Shown here piece after piece: positions 39,103 to 50,713 of a DNA stretch of 64,000 bases. The stretch covers positions 434,001 to 498,000 of the forward strand of contig NW_027191415.1 of the NCBI RefSeq assembly GCF_041146345.1. The letters run 5' to 3'. Position numbers and translations under genes: made by a program. This stretch comes from Neodothiora populina. Taxonomy: Eukaryota. How positions within the stretch are numbered: the first letter of the stretch is position 1; every line of letters begins with the position of its first letter. The notes beneath the pieces are model-generated. The model did no database searches and was not told where the DNA came from. It was given only the letters and a program-made list of their open reading frames with translations.

Positions 39103-40203
39103 ACGCCAGCAACAACAGTCGTGTACTATATCTCAACTTATAATGAATCACAACTCCTTTGCTGAGTGTCCACGACCGCTCTTTCGTCTGCAAGTATTGT
39201 CATTCATGACGCGAGACTTTCGCAGCACACTGTACCGAGGACCGCTCTCATCATACGAGCTACTTCGGCAACATGCAAGATAGGTAGGTCTCTTGTACAG
39301 TACCTACATACGTAAGGGTACTCATCAGTCCATCATGCATGCATCATATGGAGTAATACAAGACTGACTAGGTGCATCAACCAACCGAGGCCATCCGACG
39401 ATATCCTCTGTATGATCACCCAATCTACATCTCTTCTTATCTTTATCGTCCTCGAACAACTAATGCGCAGTAGGTAAGCCTCGGCTTTGATCGGGGAGCA
39501 GCAGCACCGTGCAGAGAGAAGACCCTGTTCCTCTGCAGCGCTTACTACAGCAAGGTACGGTACTTTCCCCCCGCATTTCGGAAGTAGGTTTTCGGCCGCG
39601 TCCTACCGTAAACGGCAGCTTTACGAGTGAGTGAGCGAGTCCCTGCCGCTGATGGAAGGAAATAGAGAGCGAGAGGAGAGAGAGAGAGAGAGGGGGGGAA
39701 AAGGTACAGTCGCGAACAAGTAGTACCTCTCTTGCGCTCTCTTTAGGGACAAAAAGTCCGCCAGCCCGTCCGCCTTTTGCGCGATCCCCCCCACGATTGT
39801 TCTTTCTCTTGACATATTGTGACTTGTAATAATTCCCCTGATTTTTTTGTTCTTTTGACTTGCTGATTATCATGCTGTTGTAAACAAGCCTAGGGATAAG
39901 ATCTATATTGCTGTTTTTCTTGTTGCCTGTGTCCTCTTGTTTCTTTCCTTTTCCTACCTGTCAATGAACCCTTGTTTCTTTGTGAGACAGAGAGATTGTG
40001 CAAAGTTTCGCTGGGGAGAACGCCATATATATATCGCTCTTGGTGGAGGAAGTCGTTGTCATATATGGGGATAGTTGTAAGAAACGTTACTACGCATACC
40101 CATACAAGGACTGGAAAGTCTAAGATCTGAGGAAGAAAAGAAAGTAGTCGGCAAAAGCATAACGAGCATTCTCTCGCGTCGTGGGGCCATACATCTATCC
40201 ATC

Positions 40204-41478
40204 ATGAATTTCGAAACAGACACCCAATCGCCACATCAAGGATGGTTCTCACGCGTCGCTCAATCCGCCGGCTCGCTCACTCATGACCTGTTATCTCTAG
40301 ATGCTGCTTACGCTGCCACTGGCGACCTACAGAGTTTTCGTCAAGCAAAGGGTGGCGACAACCATCTTCACGACCACAATCGAGGTCTTCCCGGCCAGAG
40401 ACAACAGCAGAAGTACCTGAGTAAACGACACAAGGCGAATACCATACTGAAGAACCCTCGACGGTACCAGAAAAGTGGTGGCGAGGAACTCGAAGACGAA
40501 GTACTGGATTTTCTGAGGAGGGATTGTGCTATCGACAAAGATGGCGCTTCTAGCTCTAGATCTGTTTCCCCTCTGTCTGGTCGGGACGATGATGGCCACC
40601 AGACTCCTCCTCAATGGAACACGGCTGATCTTCAGGACTTTACTGCCAATGGTTCTTTGCATCACGCAGCTCGGCCTCACGAACTTGCCAGCTCTCGAAA
40701 TGATTCATTCATGGATATCAAGAAAGATGTTCGACACGATGTACAAGAGTCACTAGAGCATCTATCTCTGGCAGATGGTCTGCCGATCTACCAAGACTTT
40801 TCTTCGGCGCAGAGACGAAAAGTTGCCGCCGCTCTCGCTAACAGGGAAGCCGCTCACTTCGATACTCACTGGCGCAATGCTAGCAAGACGTCCGCATCGA
40901 CCGACCCGATAGAGAAGCCGCAGCGGAACGCTACGCTAAGCAAGACTGCAAGGCTGAGACTCGAGCTCGTCTCAAAACATCTGGCAGCACGTGACGCTGC
41001 AGCTTCTAACTTGCTTCGACAGCAGTCCAATTCATCGGAGCAGAAAGTCGATGACCCGTCGGCTATCGCGGCGTCGACAGTCTCACCCGTGTTCGAAATG
41101 GGGTACAACCAAGTCTGCCACGGCGAAGGTCTGAGTCAAGACTGGAACTTTCTCCTCGCCGAAGGTCCATATTGCCGACTACGAAGAATGTCCCAGCAGC
41201 AGTACCAGAACCTACAACAGCAACAGCAACACCTCAGCAGCTTCCAGGGTGTTTCCCACATCCAAACCCCTCTTGCAACCGAGCAGCGAGTAGGCACCAC
41301 AACATCTACGACCGCGATCCCGAGCCTCCAACACCTGCACACCGCATTCATGGACCACGCATCATCGCCCCTCTCTCAGCAGCCAAAACTCCAGCACCTG
41401 CGCGCCGCACTCATGGACCACGCATCGTCCCCCGTCGCCCAGCAAACCCAACAAAGATCCACCACCCTACCTCGTCAG

Positions 41479-41510
<32 letters not shown>

Positions 41511-41817
41511 GCAAAAAGAAGAAAAAGACACCCTCTCAGGCTTCCACTGCCCCTACATCGGCTGCCACATGCATCTGCGCGCAGGCTATCAGTACAGCCT
41601 GGTGAACAATGCAGAGATGAAGAACAAACTGGCTTGTGTGCATGAGGGGTGTGACGGTCTTTTTGACGGTGAAGAGGCGTGGAGAGAACATGTCCTCGGC
41701 GCGCATCATGGGCTTTTGGAGAAGGTTGAGGGTGAGGTCTCGATTGATCAGCAGCAGCAGGAGGATGAGAAGGACTTTGAGATGGTGTGGGAGGAGAGTG
41801 TGCAGGCGAGGGAGTAA
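40204..41817 (+). CDS. Hypothetical protein with polyQ tract and C-terminal Cys/His zinc-finger-like module
   Basis: 537-aa ORF; (CAA)n at about 41481-41510; FHCPYIGCH..CVHEGC..F..W.EHVLGAHH. Confidence 0.72.
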
Positions 41818-42583
41818 TGGTCAAGAGGCGAAGTAGGGGATCAGAGCCAGGAAGGCCTCGAAGAAAGCGACAAGTCTCATCACGAGCAGAACATGGGAAC
41901 TCGACAGGGGCTCAATCGACGTACAAAGCATAAAAGCATATGCACAAGAGAGATGCACAACAGGGCAGAAATCAAGGAGATCTGGAATTTCCGCGCATTT
42001 TATCGTCTCATGTACAGACAGGGGTGAAAACAAATCAGTTCGTGATCAGCATAGCATAGCATAGCGCAATAGCATGAAAAAGGCAGAGAAGGGAAGAAAG
42101 TCCTCATTTCGTCGTCAGATGCGTTCAGAAGAAAACCAGGGAAGTGGAACACAGACATGGGCAAACATGGGACAGGGGATAGTCACACAAATCAAAAGAT
42201 ATCCATCGAATCTGCATACACTCTGCCTGTTGTGTTTCTGGTCCTGTGCTGCGGAGTGAAGTCTGATGTCTCTCAGCCTTTTACGCTTGCTTTTCTTCGA
42301 TGGACCTCATTCTGGAGCCAGAAATGGAGAAACTGAAGATAAGAAAGCAAAGGATACTACTTATACTACTTCGTGTAGACGACCGAGTCGAGGGGGTCGA
42401 GGAGAGAGGAGGAGCGGATAACGACCCACTGCATCGTGTCTCCTTTCCATTGAAGATGAACCTTTGTTTCATTTTTTTCCCCCCAACTTTCTTCTCTTCC
42501 TTATTCATGTATTCTGATCTGATCTTTGACGTGTCTTGTGTGAGTGAGGAATAAGTCCTTTTGTCATCATTTTGGGAAGTACT

Positions 42584-43556
42584 CTACATTCCTGGACCAC
42601 CCTTGGGTCCGACGGCGTAGTCCTTCATGAACTCGGGGTCGTTTTCAAATTCTTCTCTCAGCTGTTGTTCTTGTTAGCAAGGTACCCTTGTTTCTGTCTC
42701 GAGGACTGAAAAAGCGACATAACATGGCGAGGAGGGAGGGGGGGGGGGAGAAGATAGGGGAAACGAGGGGGAAAAAAAAGAAACTCACAATATCCAATCC
42801 ACCGACGAGTTCTCCATCGCAGTAAACCTGCGGGAAGGTGGGCCAATCCGAAAACTCCTTGAGGCCCTGCCTGACATCGTCATCGGCGAGGATATTGAAG
42901 AAACCATAGCGCACGCCCTTTTCGCGAAGCAGCGCGACCGTCTGGCGCGAGAAACCACACTGCGGCGAGCTCGGGGTGCCCTTCATGAACAGCATGACGG
43001 GCGCGGCCTTGACGAGCTCCGACAGGCGGCCGTTGAGCTCTTCTTTGGATTCTTGCTGTTGCGCTGCGGCCGCCGCGTGGTCGCCCGAGGAGAATTCAGG
43101 CGCTGTTTGTTGCTCGCTGGCTGAGGGGGCGTAGTCGCCGAGGTTCTTGGTCGTCTGCTGGACCTGCTGAGGAGGAGGAAGACCGGTGGTGCCCGACGAG
43201 GCTGAGGCTGCGCCGGCGTGTTTCTCTACGGCTGCGCGAACGGCGGCGATGGAGGGCGACGAGACGACTTCGATGACCTGGCCGTTCTTCTGCAGCACGA
43301 TGTAGGGCACCGAGGCGACGTCGTATTGCTCGGCGACATCACTGACGTCGTCGGCGTCGACGCGGATGAAGACGGTGTTGGGCGGGTTCGTGGCTGGGTA
43401 GGTCGAGGCCAGAGTTTCGATTGCGCTGCTCATGTGCTTGCATGGCTCCGCCCATGAGGCGTGGAAGTAGATGACGCTCAGCGCACTCGGGTTGCTGGAG
43501 ATGGCATTTGAGAAGTCGGCGGGCGAGATCACTTCGTTGACTGTGCACGTCGCCAT
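42584..43556 (-). CDS. GRX4: Monothiol glutaredoxin Grx3/4 (thioredoxin-like + CGFS Grx domain); 2 exons
   Basis: FHASWAEPC, MLFMKGTPSSPQCGFS and WPTFPQVY..GELVGGLDI; intron 42662-42788; last exon LREEFENDPEFMKDYAVGPKGGPGM*. Confidence 0.93.
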
Positions 43557-44458
43557 TGTGGGAATGTTTCGTTTTTCTTTCTTAATGCCCGATGCAAGAG
43601 ACTGCGCTCTGTTGTATGCTCTTCAAGCAGGAACGAGGTGATGTTTTCCAGTGGAGAGAAGAAGAGTGGTTTATTCTCGGCCTATTACACTTCAGGCAGA
43701 GGATTGCAATATTATACGCTGTTGATCAGGAGAAGAAGCAGAATTGTTTCTATTATAAGATTGGTTCTAGCAATCAAATCGTGCAACAACGCCAATAGTA
43801 AGAGTAACAGTAGTGATGATGATGATGATTGGTGATGATTCAGCAATCGTGCGACTAAGGGAAACATTTCCCACCTCCGCCGCCCCTCTATTGCCAGCTC
43901 TCTTACCATTAACTGACGATGCGCTATCTAACCTACAAAGTCACTCACACGCTTAATTAGCTTAGCTACAATCACTTTGCACGACAGCCCACCAGAACCC
44001 ATCAGCCCTTGGCGCTTGCGTCATTTTGCGCTATACCACCACTCGATGCAAACGATAAGGATTCGTTTTGGGTTCATTCCTGACCGTGATCGGGAAGAAC
44101 GCTTGCACCGTATCTTGGTAGACTCTTGGATCTCCTTAGGAATAGTAATAGTGCCACTGAATTGAGCTTTTGCGATCTACTGTACTCCGTACTTCGTTGC
44201 ACTTCTATCGTGTGTACCTTCTATCGTGTGCACCTACAAATCATCCGCTATCAATAGACCCTGGACAGACAGGACACCGCATGTGCCATAAGAAAGCTTA
44301 CCTCAGCTAGCACAAGTACAAGGTACGGTAAGGTAAGGTACCTTAGGTAAGGTAAGCGATAGCAAACATCAAATTAAGGTAGCAAATTATCACACTTTAA
44401 TGCCAGAAAGCAAGACCCAGGTGTCAAGGTCAAGAACAAAACTGGCAAAACGGAACGT

Positions 44459-44532
44459 CTCTCCCGCCTAGGCTTGAACTAGGAACCTCTCGATTAACAG
44501 TCGAACGCGCTAGCCAATTGCGCCACGGAAGA
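44459..44532 (-). tRNA. tRNA-Asn (anticodon GTT), intronless
   Basis: Cloverleaf: acceptor TCTTCCG/CGGGAGA, D arm GCGC-AATTGGCTA-GCGC, anticodon arm TTCGA-CTGTTAA-TCGAG, T arm CCTAG-TTCAAGC-CTAGG; discriminator G; downstream T-runs. Confidence 0.95.
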
Positions 44533-44720
44533 ATTGATGGTAGCCATCTTTCATGTGCAAGAATATATACTCGCTTTGCATCATCATGCGACCACAAAAT
44601 ACCCGCGTGTAGATAAATTGTACTTTATGGTCTGTTGTTTCTACCACAGTTTTATCTTATCTCAGGATGAGAAAGTTATCAAATACAAAAACAGCACTAC
44701 TTCCACGTCAACCTCTCCAG

Positions 44721-46605
44721 TCAAGACCGCTTGAGTGGATGCGCCTCAGTGTTCAACACATAATGATCCAAGCTGACCAGATCTGGTTCCGCAAAGACCA
44801 GATAGAAATACTTGAGCGTTTCCGCCATCCAAAAGCTCTCCATGCGATCTGACTTCGTCGGTGGCGAGGCGGTGATATCATCCAGCGCCGCATTTGCAAT
44901 CTCCGTCCGCGTGTGCTTCTCAATGGCCTGAAACATCCTCCAAGCTGCGTCTTGATACTTCATGTCGCCCGTGATGCGATACAGCACAAAGACCGACTCT
45001 ATCGCTTCGGGTCGCAGAATGTACCGGCGATCGTCAATATGTGAGTAACCTGGTGGAAGTCGCTCGTTCTTGATGCGTATGTCGACACGTTCAGCATATG
45101 AAAGACCCGATGCACGGTCTGAGTCAGATTCGTACGCCATGACGCTGGAATGCCACTTTTCCTCCTCCCACGGACAGCGCCCACCTTTCGAGGCGCATGG
45201 TGTAAAGTGTGCAACCTCGGCCATGAGTCCATTTGGCATAGAGTCATACGCCCAAATGCATCCATCGGTCAGCTTGCGAGCCGTCGCCAGATCCTCGGGC
45301 CGGTCGAATATCCTAGCTGCTATCGCCACCATGCCTCCAGCATAGCAGACTAGGTGTTGCTCGGATGTATCAAGCACTGGAGTGGCGCCTGAGCCATCTG
45401 CTCGCACACCGCCAGAGAAAAGGATATCAGCTTCGTCTTTGACCATAGGCCTGTAGAAGTTGTACTTGGAAAAGACCTCGGCCGCTCGCTCGTACAACTT
45501 CCGGTACTGCTGAGACTGTCCTCCAAGGAGCATGTGCTCCTTGGGGAAATATTCGAACAAGGAGTCGGCCATGGCGCCCAGGGTATACCCTGTATCTTCT
45601 CCAAACTTGAGGTCTCTGGCGTTTACCAACACTGGCCACATGCCGGGTAGCTTAGTGGTCATCTGTTGCTCGTCGAAGTGATTGGTGATTCGCTGCACAG
45701 CATCATAGTAACGCATATCACCCGTGAGTTGCGAAAGTCGAGTGAACTCCAACGTCAAAGATCCGATTTCTGCAACCAAAGTGTTTGCACTGGCTTCCGT
45801 CCTCTCACCATTCTTAGACCTTCGAATATGTTAGCATAATACACAAGTTGTAGAGGATGCAATCTTACCTTTTCCATTCCCATCGCGTGATGGGCATATG
45901 GTTTGGCGTGTCGAAGGCGACCAGTAACATCTCACCAAGCTCCATTGCTTTCCGAAGCAGCGTAGGGTAAGTCCCACCAGATAGATCATATGCGCCCAGG
46001 AATCCTCCCATGTAGCGGATCGTCGTCTCGAAGAGATTCAACGTTGTTTCATCCGTGGTCGTGAAATCTATCGTTTCAATGGCTGCCACTGCCTCGGCAA
46101 ATTCGTCCCCCATTTCCATGATCCATAACGTGTCTAATGCGTCCACCAAACTTGCGGCCCATCCTCCGAAGAAATTGTTGGATCCGCCAGAGAGTGGCGC
46201 TACTTCATCCGCCATCCAGGCTCGAGATCTGTATCCACTCCACGCATGCTCGAATGCTTCCTTGACAGCAGCTTGACGTTCTACTCGAGTGGTTTTGGCT
46301 GCTTGGGATTCACGGCCGAAAGCATGTTGAATTCGTGGTACTGGCGATACTTGACCTGTAGGTAGGGGTATTAGAGATATCACGGGGTAATGTATTTTGA
46401 CATCCTGCCAGTGAAAATTGCCATCATTAAGATCCGGCGAAGGAGGTAGCGACAAAGTTGCCTTGGACTCTTCGAATGCATGTGAAGGGGTCGTGTCGAT
46501 GAAGTAAGAGGTCTCATACAACAGAACAAAAAGAACAAGACATCCCGCGACTACGACGATGCGACGTCCCGATAAGAATGCCGGGATTTGCGTCGAAGGC
46601 AGCAT
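44721..46605 (-). CDS. Class I alpha-1,2-mannosidase (GH47), type II membrane anchor; 2 exons
   Basis: N-terminal TM; FGGWAASLVDALDTLWIM, LFETTIRYMGG, AEIGSLTLEFTRLSQLTG, DSLFEYFPK, LRPEAIES, MESFWMAETLKY and NTEAHP; intron 45820-45868. Confidence 0.95.
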
Positions 46606-47877
46606 GATGACCTTTACTAGACCAGCATGGAAGACTGGGGGAGAAATATGATGGATGTTGATGAAGTGAAGAATCTACAATGAGTGAATGTGTCCGTGTA
46701 CAACCCTCGCGGCGTCACTGAGGCTCTCTGCGCTGGTGAGCGCACCCATCGCTCATCCGCATGCTGTACATTGATTCGTAGATACGCGCGCGATAGTGAT
46801 ATACAAGTAACATATCTGAGCACGAGCGGCTGCGGCTGCTCTGCCGGTCGCCGATCATATATATGGGAATAGACACCTCAAGGTGGCGTGAGCGCCATTG
46901 TAAAACAGGGAAATCTGAGGCTGCATATATCTCGATGCAGATGAGAGTGCTCCTGGCGGCGTCAATTGGTTTGTGCCATGATTGGGATTGTTGTCATACA
47001 TGCGAGCATTGAGCATTGAGCACGATACCTTAGCGCTGTCACCTAGCCATAGCCGCCAGAGCAGCTCACGCCCTTTGCACATTCGGAAGCTCCCACGCGC
47101 CACATCACAAGGGATTGTGTAGTGTGTCCAACCGCATTGATGTGGCTTAACAGTACAGTATATTTGTAGTACGGTGGTGTGAGAAGAATTGGGCTCATCC
47201 TAAGTTTTGGCTCGTCATGCCTCTCTCTCTAGACCTCACGTCTTGGCGTCCCAATTATCACTTCCCGTCGCACATGTGCAACGATTCGAAGCAAGCATGC
47301 TACCGCTGCCGCTATACTGCCTCCAGGGTACTCGAATTTGTGCAGCTGCCTGGTGCATGTGTATCAATCTGCGACACCTCGTCGAGAGCTCCTATATGCT
47401 CTGACTGTCACAACTTCGCGTGGTCGCGGCATTGACCTCGAGTCTCAATAAGATCATAAGCAGTACTAAGCTAGGTGCAAGTCCAACTGTTCCATTGTGA
47501 CAGGTTCAAGAGGGCTATCATTATGTTGTTTGCCTTGCGAATAAAGCGCTTCCACAAGTGTATGTAGCCGCCGCCACCACCTTTGGGGATGCTTATCGGC
47601 GTCAACAGTAAGTCGCCATTGGCTCTCTTCACGTATGCTATAAATGCCCCTTCCAGCTTGCAATTTATCTCAGATCACAAGGCTAGTCCATTCGACTTGA
47701 GGTGAAGACGTGGGTTGTCTTTCCGATATCTGGTATGTAACTTGGGTCTGGTAGTTCTGTCCCCTTCAGCATGCTCTCGCTCCATTTCATCTGTTTAGTT
47801 CGACTTTGCTTTCAGCAATAAGGATCGTTGCGAAGCTACCACACGCGCGCCAGATGTACGACAGACGTCGATACACC

Positions 47878-48744
47878 ATGATATCATGGATCAGTCTCAT
47901 CCAGTTCTTCATAATCGGCGTGTTCTCAACATGTTACTATCCCGACGGAACGGTCACAAATTCAGACGTACCATGTCTATCAGGACCAGAAGCCTCATGG
48001 TGCTGCGGATTCGGATATGCTTGTTTAGACAACGGAATCTGCATGGCTACGATAGAGACTCCGAATGCGACTGAATATGTGAGAGGAAGCTGCACAGACA
48101 AGACATGGAGAGACTCGAATTGTCCCAATTTCTGCGTCAATGGCGAAGCCCCTGCGAATTATTTGCTTAGTGGTGGAGAGGGTATGGCCAAGTGTGATGA
48201 GACGGGTGACATGCAGCTATATTATTGCATCGACTTCAATATGGACGCGGTAGACTGCGCGAAAACATCCAACATCGCCCGACTAGCGACGGGTGAGTCA
48301 TGACACGTTTTGTCCAAAACAAAGCAGAAGAAGCTCAGAAGGCTATGCTGATCTGACTGATATGGTTCCCCAGGCCGAGCTTCGATTTTGACCACGATCG
48401 GCTTCGGGTCGTCGACGACATCGAGCTCTACGACCCCATCGACAACGAGTCCATCGACGACATCAAAGCCATCAACGACCCTCCAAACATCACCAGCCTC
48501 ATCAACACCGCACACTACATCATCGCCAAGCAAAGCACGAGCATCATCCAGTTCCATCCCAACAAGCCCTCAAACCACAGACCCTCCTTCCTCACAATCC
48601 ATCTCGTCTCCCACTCCATCACCATCACCTTCTCCATCCCTAGCAACAACAGTAGGTGCAAGCGTCGGTGCCTCGCTAGGCATTCTCCTCCTGGCCCTGC
48701 TTCTCTTCATCTACTTCTTCCGACGATCCCGCCGCCGCAGATAA
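47878..48744 (+). CDS. Cys-rich ectodomain + Ser/Thr stalk + single TM protein (Mid2/Wsc-like architecture); tail appears truncated by in-frame stops, ancestral end probably 49020
   Basis: Signal peptide, CYYPDG..CCGFGYACLDNGIC..YVRGSCTDKTW..CPNFC, intron 48293-48373, S/T tract and TM VGASVGASLGILLLALLLFIYFF followed by RRSRRRR. Confidence 0.75.
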
Positions 48745-49315
48745 CTGAACCAGCAACGAGGGCTCCTATTCGGAGAGGCAGAAGCCGAAGACTTGCCCTT
48801 GGCAGACCAGCAACGGCATAAAGCCAATCACAGCAGCAGTCCACCAGACTATGAACTCAGAAATCGGTAGCAGGGGGGCGGTGGTAGCGATGACTCGAAA
48901 GCACACCTGCAGAAGAGTAGAGAGCTGGATGCGAGGGAAGTGGCGGCGCATGAGATGGATGCTGCTGATGGTGCGAGGAGGGGCGTGCATGAGTTGTATG
49001 CAGGTACGCCGAGGCTTTGATCCGGTTCTACTACTGCTACTCTTCTTATTCTTCGTTGATTATATATACTTCTTCTGTTCATTAGCGTTTACAAGGTAGT
49101 TGGCATTGACATATGGTTCGCCTTGATGCATGTCCTCTCTATTTTACTGATTGCGAAATGTCTGTTGTGCCTCGTTTTGCCACTCGTTCGTCCCCCTGAC
49201 TTGGACCCAACACACAGAGAAAAGCCATCACATCAACTAGTAGACTCAAACACGGAGCAATCTCGCAAACACTTCACCAGAGCGCGAGAAAGACAGGGAG
49301 ATGAGGCTCACAGAC

Positions 49316-50014
49316 CTAAAAAAGCCCCGGAACAAACTTCGCCTTGACCTCCCTCCTATACGTCTCATAAACCTCCTTGACACCAGCAACATCCTTGCCC
49401 TCGCCCTTTAGAATCGCCCTTTCCTCAGCGCCCGCAGCACCAATCAACATGACAGTCAGCACGACCGTGACGACAATCTGGGCGCAGACTCTGAACCCAA
49501 TCGTGCCGCCGTCCTCACCGGCATACGCACGCGCCATAGCCTCAGGCTTGACAGCGCCCATAGTAGCACCCAGAACGCCGACGAAGCCCAGGAACTCCGA
49601 CGCGTAGAAGGGGTGGCGGATCCAAGCATAAGAGCCTCCGCGCACGATAACAGCGTCCTTTCTGGCAGACGACGCGGAGACAACAAGCGCCGTAGGCCCG
49701 CCTTTGGCGAACACGCAGGGCAGGTTGCCGCGGCCTGTGACTGCGGCGGTCCAGATGAAGAGCAAGAGACTGCTGGCGAGACCGAAGACGCCGATTTTGC
49801 CGAAGATGGACGATTCGATCGTCGTAGGTGCGGATGGGGGGTTCTGGATGACAGGGCCGAAGGATAGGAGGATTGAGGTCAAGGAGAGCAGGAACAGAGT
49901 TACTGCTTTTTGGGGAGAAGATAGGCCTGCGCGGGGGATGGGAAAGTGCACCAGGGTCGCGTAGAAGTTGGCTAGGATGAAGAGGTGATAGAGAGGTGCT
50001 GTTGGAGGTGACAT
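49316..50014 (-). CDS. ICMT/PEMT-like integral membrane methyltransferase family protein
   Basis: Multiple TM segments, GSYAWIRHPFYASE and EERAIL..YETYRREVKAKFVPGLF; first ATG at 50014 (the ORF track starts at an upstream GTG). Confidence 0.7.
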   Translation of the reverse strand: MSPPTAPLYHLFILANFYATLVHFPIPRAGLSSPQKAVTLFLLSLTSILLSFGPVIQNPPSAPTTIESSIFGKIGVFGLASSLLLFIWTAAVTGRGNLPCVFAKGGPTALVVSASSARKDAVIVRGGSYAWIRHPFYASEFLGFVGVLGATMGAVKPEAMARAYAGEDGGTIGFRVCAQIVVTVVLTVMLIGAAGAEERAILKGEGKDVAGVKEVYETYRREVKAKFVPGLF

Positions 50015-50713
50015 ATTTCCGTCTTTATTGCGGATTCTTGTTCTGCAATCGAAAAGCTGCTTGAAGATTCTGTGATCAAGCTTGCTTGATGTAGCTGCTG
50101 ATGTGCTACCCCAATCAATCCAGCTTAGCTTGGGAAGGTCCTGGGAAGGCGCAGTCTCGAGTTCCAGATTTGCCACGGCAAAGAAATGTTGCGCAAGCTA
50201 ATAAGCGGCTCGGATGTGAGAGATGCGCGCAAGCTGCGTGTGAATGTGTCTACCCGGGACAGGGTGGAATGTACAATTATCGCACAAGTATCACTGCGAC
50301 TCTGCACTTGTCGGCAGCAAATCAAGAATAAGAGTATAGTACAGCAGAGCTGGGAAGGTGGTGTTTAGCCTGCTAATAGAAAGTGCACAAGACCAAAAAG
50401 CGTGACCGGGGGTTCATTTCATGTTTGGTCTCTTCTGAAAAGGTCCGTGTTTCAAAGATTGTGGTCTACGCTTTCTGCACTTCTGTTACTTCCGAGATCC
50501 GAGAACGCCAAGCATAGCATGAACCACTTCTGAACGATTCTGAACACACCTGTGCTGTACATGCAAGCTTGGTACATTGACTATAGTGCAAGCACTTTGG
50601 TAACATGGGGAAAAGAACACAGGGCTAGGTAGTGAAGAACAATGAGCGCCATATTCCCATGCAATATCCACAAGTCAGATGTCTTTGAAATGTGAGTTAG
50701 ATCTTACTGGTTC

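Noticed and set aside
44201..44360. Short direct repeats beside the tRNA as a transposon footprint or CRISPR-like array
   Set aside because: Only a roughly 17-bp tandem duplication and (AGGTA)n; no terminal inverted repeats, LTR, transposase or spacer structure.
48742..48870. Genome-wide TAA/TAG-to-Gln codon reassignment as the cause of the in-frame stops
   Set aside because: Many conserved genes in the window terminate normally at TAA or TAG (STT3, YOS9, GRX4, ARS2).
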